IMG/VR virus record: IMGVR_UViG_3300031857_000018
Location: 96,001 to 160,000 of that record
Length of the DNA: 64,000 bases
Strand: one strand, 5' to 3'
DNA from: a virus
In this document: positions 59,872-64,000 of the stretch, one piece after another
Position numbering within the stretch: the stretch's first letter is position 1
Layout: each line of letters opens with the position of its first letter
Translations under genes and position numbers: made by a program
The notes under the pieces: model-generated
The model's database searches: none
What the model saw: the letters and a program-made list of their open reading frames with translations, nothing else
Told to the model about the DNA's origin: nothing

Positions 59872-60616
59872 ATTGATGTACTACTTTATATTGTGAAACT
59901 GTGTTTAAATCAAATGCAACTAACCCTGCGTTAATTACATGTAAATGCACTGCAAACTTATCTTCTAATGTGGTAAATTTGGTTTGCTCTTTGTATTTGG
60001 TTTGTATGAGGTAATTAAATGATGTTTGATCTGCTACTTTAAGTTTACCGGCAGATAACAAATAAATATCCATACACATTTCTTGAACTAATGCCAAAGG
60101 ACCTCCCCATACACCGACATTATGTACTTGTTTATCTGACAATACATCTATTCCAATCAAGCCTAAGTTCACATATACATGTTCTTTGTTCCATGCTTCT
60201 TGGTTGTAAGTAATAATTTCGCTCGTTGCTGTGATCTTATCTGGATCTAGTCCGTCAAATGGATTTGAGTTAAAATATACATCTCGTACATCCGTAATAA
60301 TAACGTGTGCATGATCTGCTGTTTTTAGATAGGACCATATATGGAAGAAACGAACATTGTGAATCAGATTATATGATGATTCAACTGTCATTGTTCCGGT
60401 ATTGGTGGTAAATTCTGGCAATTCTCTGCCCCAGCAGTCAAATGTAGGATTCATGATCGATACATTGTTTTCTTTGAGATATTCTACCAATGTGTCTGTT
60501 GCATTATAAATAAGCAACATTCTTTCTACATTCTCAAAATTAGATGTCTCAACCCAACCCTGCACATCTGCGACTGTATAATTGCCTGAGATAGCTCCTA
60601 TTAATAAATTTTTCAT
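59843..60616 (-). CDS. putative glycosyltransferase
   Basis: ITDVRDVYFNSNPF, DQTSFN, VHQYDR. Confidence 0.7.
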   Translation of the reverse strand: MKNLLIGAISGNYTVADVQGWVETSNFENVERMLLIYNATDTLVEYLKENNVSIMNPTFDCWGRELPEFTTNTGTMTVESSYNLIHNVRFFHIWSYLKTADHAHVIITDVRDVYFNSNPFDGLDPDKITATSEIITYNQEAWNKEHVYVNLGLIGIDVLSDKQVHNVGVWGGPLALVQEMCMDIYLLSAGKLKVADQTSFNYLIQTKYKEQTKFTTLEDKFAVHLHVINAGLVAFDLNTVSQYKVVHQYDRIANFKR

Positions 60617-61569
60617 AAGTTTAATAACTTTAATATATTATAAGTAATTTTTGGATAGGATATATTATTTTCGTACCAGTTTTTTGCATTATTTTTTACA
60701 AATTCTAGCAATTCTTTGTTTCCAATAACTTCATGATATCTTGCTGCAATTCTTTTAGACAATTCATCCGGGTTTGCATATCGATATTCGGCATCGTATT
60801 CTGCATCTACTGCTACGTAATGAAAATCTGGTATCAATGGGTCAGATGTCTCAACAATAAGTGTAGGCCGCATTAAAGGTATGCCTATTCCAAACATTTC
60901 GATATCACGAAAACACAAATCGCCACATAGTGCACCACCTCCACCGCCGATTGATAATGCTAATTCAAACTGAAATGATTCTTGTAAATAATGTTCAAAC
61001 GGAATCGGGCCGGCGCCAAAGTATAATTCGGATTCATTTAAATGATTTGGTAGAAGTTCCAATGATTTTCTAACTCCTAGATATCGGGTGTCGACGCCTG
61101 AATTATACAAACTACCGCGCCAATATAATCTAGAATCTAGTTTAATGCTTTGACGGTGTGTTTGTATCATATCATAGTTTGTGCCTAGTTGCCACACAGT
61201 ATCTGGGTATGGTCCGGCTACTATATTTTTACGAATTACTGGATCTGTACATATGGTATCCCAAAACGCTGAATTATATTGTCCAATCACAGCGCCAACA
61301 AATCCAGGCTTTGATGATAATTCTACAGTTAATGATGGATGATCTCCAAAGTCGAATGTTTTAAACGTATCATCATATTCAAATATGAGTATGGATCCTT
61401 GGTTAATTGCAACGCCGGCATACACCGTGTTTCCATCACCAACGTGCTCATTCCATTCAACATCATATCCGCGAGTATGTAATTCATTAACAATTCCAAT
61501 TGTATTGTTATGATCAAAACGGTGTTCTGCAATTCCTTTATGAAAACTGTGTAATTTTATTTTTGTCAT
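60613..61569 (-). CDS. putative glycosyltransferase (GT-B/exostosin-like)
   Basis: LYWRG, LSIGG...CFRDIE, LIPDFHYV. Confidence 0.6.
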   Translation of the reverse strand: MTKIKLHSFHKGIAEHRFDHNNTIGIVNELHTRGYDVEWNEHVGDGNTVYAGVAINQGSILIFEYDDTFKTFDFGDHPSLTVELSSKPGFVGAVIGQYNSAFWDTICTDPVIRKNIVAGPYPDTVWQLGTNYDMIQTHRQSIKLDSRLYWRGSLYNSGVDTRYLGVRKSLELLPNHLNESELYFGAGPIPFEHYLQESFQFELALSIGGGGGALCGDLCFRDIEMFGIGIPLMRPTLIVETSDPLIPDFHYVAVDAEYDAEYRYANPDELSKRIAARYHEVIGNKELLEFVKNNAKNWYENNISYPKITYNILKLLNL

Positions 61570-62123
61570 GATCGTATAAATCTAATATCTTCCTGTAAAT
61601 TATTTATCTCAGATAACACTTCATACGTTGTAAATCCAGCTTTATACATCACATCAAAATACATTTCTCGATCTGGCGCGCCAATATTATATACAACACC
61701 TGGTTTAGGTACTTCTAATATTATTTCTGATGCACGACGTATTAAGTTTTGTCCGCCGTTAATTATATCAACTTCAGATCCTTGCACATCTAGTTTAATA
61801 ATGTCAAATGTTTCAGTTGGGAATAATAAATCTAATGTCGTAGTCGTTAAATTTAAAATTTGAATATTTGATTCATTAAAATGTTCTGTATTTTCTAAGT
61901 AATATGATGCACCTGTTGTAGTAGGAGAATCCGTAGTTATATAAAATTCTACTTGTTTAACAATATCACTTAAACATACTATATGATATGGTACATTTAA
62001 TAATTTAAGTGTTGGCTCGTTATTTGGATTAGCTTCGATTAGTACAAACTTTGCGCCTGGATATTGTAGTTGCGTTTGTTTGTACCACCACCCATCATTT
62101 GCTCCGATATCTAGTATATTCAT
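61566..62123 (-). CDS. FkbM family methyltransferase
   Basis: LDIGANDG, EAN, TTLD, KLDVQGSE. Confidence 0.9.
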   Translation of the reverse strand: MNILDIGANDGWWYKQTQLQYPGAKFVLIEANPNNEPTLKLLNVPYHIVCLSDIVKQVEFYITTDSPTTTGASYYLENTEHFNESNIQILNLTTTTLDLLFPTETFDIIKLDVQGSEVDIINGGQNLIRRASEIILEVPKPGVVYNIGAPDREMYFDVMYKAGFTTYEVLSEINNLQEDIRFIRS

Positions 62124-62126
62124 AAA

Positions 62127-62723
62127 TTAACTAATTTTTTTATAAACTTTTTTATCAGGTCCGGTTAGATGCAATGAATATTTTTTAGTTTTCAATATAA
62201 TAGGTTCTACTTCGGTATCGTGATCATAATGATTATGATTATCAAAAACTATTTGACCATTAACATTAATTTTATCTTTAAAATAATTGAATGCATCTAA
62301 AACTGCTTGAGTATGATGTGGGCCGTCGATAAACACTAACGAAAATTTTGATTCAATTCGTTTATCATTTTCATATATCGGGACGCCATCTGCAAATCTA
62401 TTAAAAAATTCAGTATCTTCTAAATTATAAAATATAAAGTTATAATCATGTTCATATGCCCATTGGAATAAACTTGACATAGTTTGTGTTTTCATATGAT
62501 TGGTGTAATCACTTTTATGTATCCCAGCAATATCATGATAATCGATGTTACCATATGGATCTATAGAAATATGTGGTTTGTTTGTACCAATATTACCTTC
62601 CATGATTAATACGCTACTACCGCCTCGTCTCGTTCCTATTTCAATTGTAGCACCAGAAACATCTTTAGTTTCTATTATTGCTTGTTTTAATTCTTCGTAA
62701 TGTGCTCCGTCTAGTTCAATCAT
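62127..62723 (-). CDS. class I SAM O-methyltransferase (TylF/Methyltransf_24-like)
   Basis: EIGTRRGGS, SIDPY, FIDGPH. Confidence 0.85.
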   Translation of the reverse strand: MIELDGAHYEELKQAIIETKDVSGATIEIGTRRGGSSVLIMEGNIGTNKPHISIDPYGNIDYHDIAGIHKSDYTNHMKTQTMSSLFQWAYEHDYNFIFYNLEDTEFFNRFADGVPIYENDKRIESKFSLVFIDGPHHTQAVLDAFNYFKDKINVNGQIVFDNHNHYDHDTEVEPIILKTKKYSLHLTGPDKKVYKKIS

Positions 62724-62729
62724 AATAAA

Positions 62730-63524
62730 TTAATTTCTGTGTTTTGGGTGTATTAAATGTTGATATTGATCAATATTATTGATTATGTAATTTGGTAATG
62801 GAATTTCATTAACCGGGAGTATATATCCGCCTCCTCGATTAAAGATATCAGCACCGGTGTTTAAACATGAATCAATATGCGTATCAGTTTTAAATTGTGG
62901 TTGATTAAATTCATAATGTGAGTATGATTCTAGTTTTTTAACTATACGTTCTTTTCCGCCCATCCAACTCCAATGCCAACCTCCGTTAGGTACAAGTGTT
63001 CCAACAATTTTTTTACGGATGTTTTCTTGTGGCGAACCACCTATATCTAATAGTGTCTGAAAGTTAAAAACTTTGAATTGAGTCCATGTTTTTTCAAATG
63101 ATACACAATTAATCCAGTAGTTGCAAAAAATCATTTCCAAAGCGTATATATCACCTGTTTTTACATACGGTATTAATGCTTTAACTGTTTCAGTGTATGG
63201 AATTTCATCTGAGTCGCCATATAGCAATATATCTTCTGGTTGAACTCCAATTTCAGTTAAAATATCAATGTATTTACCTGTAACTAGTTCTTCAATTTTA
63301 TCGGCTTTTAATTCAAATGCATTTTCCGGATAATCGGTAAATGTTCTATGAAATATCTTATCTCCTTTAAACGGGAAAGCTGGAAATTCTGGTCTAGGAT
63401 CCATTTGATATGTATGTGATGCTTCGAGAAAAATAAAACCATCTACTACACTATCTAATTCATTCATAATGATATCCGTTAGTTCGGACTCATCTGTATA
63501 TGTACTTACTTTATAAACTTTCAT
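62730..63524 (-). CDS. GT17-like GlcNAc transferase
   Basis: DSDEIP, GGWHWSWMG, KLESYSH. Confidence 0.85.
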   Translation of the reverse strand: MKVYKVSTYTDESELTDIIMNELDSVVDGFIFLEASHTYQMDPRPEFPAFPFKGDKIFHRTFTDYPENAFELKADKIEELVTGKYIDILTEIGVQPEDILLYGDSDEIPYTETVKALIPYVKTGDIYALEMIFCNYWINCVSFEKTWTQFKVFNFQTLLDIGGSPQENIRKKIVGTLVPNGGWHWSWMGGKERIVKKLESYSHYEFNQPQFKTDTHIDSCLNTGADIFNRGGGYILPVNEIPLPNYIINNIDQYQHLIHPKHRN

Positions 63525-64000
63525 AATACTCGTTTTGTTTTACTTGCCGATCAATTGTTTTAGGATGATACAAAGAAAATGCCTCTGTGTCAGCTGGTAG
63601 CATTGAATATGACGTAAACCCATCTAAACGTTCATGCACTTTGTTAATCCATTTAATCTCAGATTTATTCTTCCAGATGCGCCATTGATAGTCTGGCCAA
63701 TTAACCCAGCCGGCTGCATTAACATTCCATCCCCATTGTTTTATATGATCCGGAGTAAGTCCTTCTACAGTATTAATTCTAGGTACTAAATATACATCAT
63801 TATCAGGATTCATTTCTAAAAGAGCTGGTAAATGTTTAATAAACAACTCATTTGGAATTTCATCAGCATCTATCTGAAAAATATAATCTCCTGTACAATG
63901 TTGGGTAAGATGATTCTTAAATGCTCCAAAATCATTATTCAATGGATAAAATGCAACTCGAATATTACCTTGTGTATTATGCTTCATAAGATAAACATGT
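63511..64000 (-). CDS. GT2 glycosyltransferase (5' truncated by window)
   Basis: FQIDADE, PRIN, WPDYQWR, VHE. Confidence 0.85.
   Translation of the reverse strand, partial: HVYLMKHNTQGNIRVAFYPLNNDFGAFKNHLTQHCTGDYIFQIDADEIPNELFIKHLPALLEMNPDNDVYLVPRINTVEGLTPDHIKQWGWNVNAAGWVNWPDYQWRIWKNKSEIKWINKVHERLDGFTSYSMLPADTEAFSLYHPKTIDRQVKQNEYYESL

Overview
A 64-kb segment of a large (jumbo-type) dsDNA bacteriophage genome, most likely infecting a Bacteroidota host (T9SS-type sorting domains, TTG-N20-TAnnTTT promoters, A-rich leaders). Essentially every real gene is on the minus strand. Left to right: (1) 1-2.9 kb, late genes sharing an N-terminal MIRLKxLLxE motif; (2) a G/C-run hairpin block at 2.9-3.2 kb; (3) about 3.2-12.4 kb, an early/host-takeover-like module of small genes, most with their own copy of a conserved promoter-leader cassette, plus a sigma70-family factor and an AAA ATPase; (4) 12.45-13.85 kb, mostly non-coding: a candidate structured RNA carrying anti-leader sequences and a helically phased CTAAAAATA array; (5) middle/metabolic genes (ATP-dependent DNA ligase, lytic transglycosylase, phosphoesterases, T9SS-type proteins, thioesterase, GNAT, thyA with a DfrB-like neighbour, groEL, VWA plus MoxR AAA+, ClpS-like, HNH), a tRNA cluster and a ~310-nt structured RNA behind a 306-aa gene; (6) late genes with a lysis cassette containing a complete PAS histidine kinase/response regulator pair; (7) 51-64 kb, a sugar-nucleotide/glycosyltransferase island. 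All calls come from reading the sequence by eye; no database searches were run.
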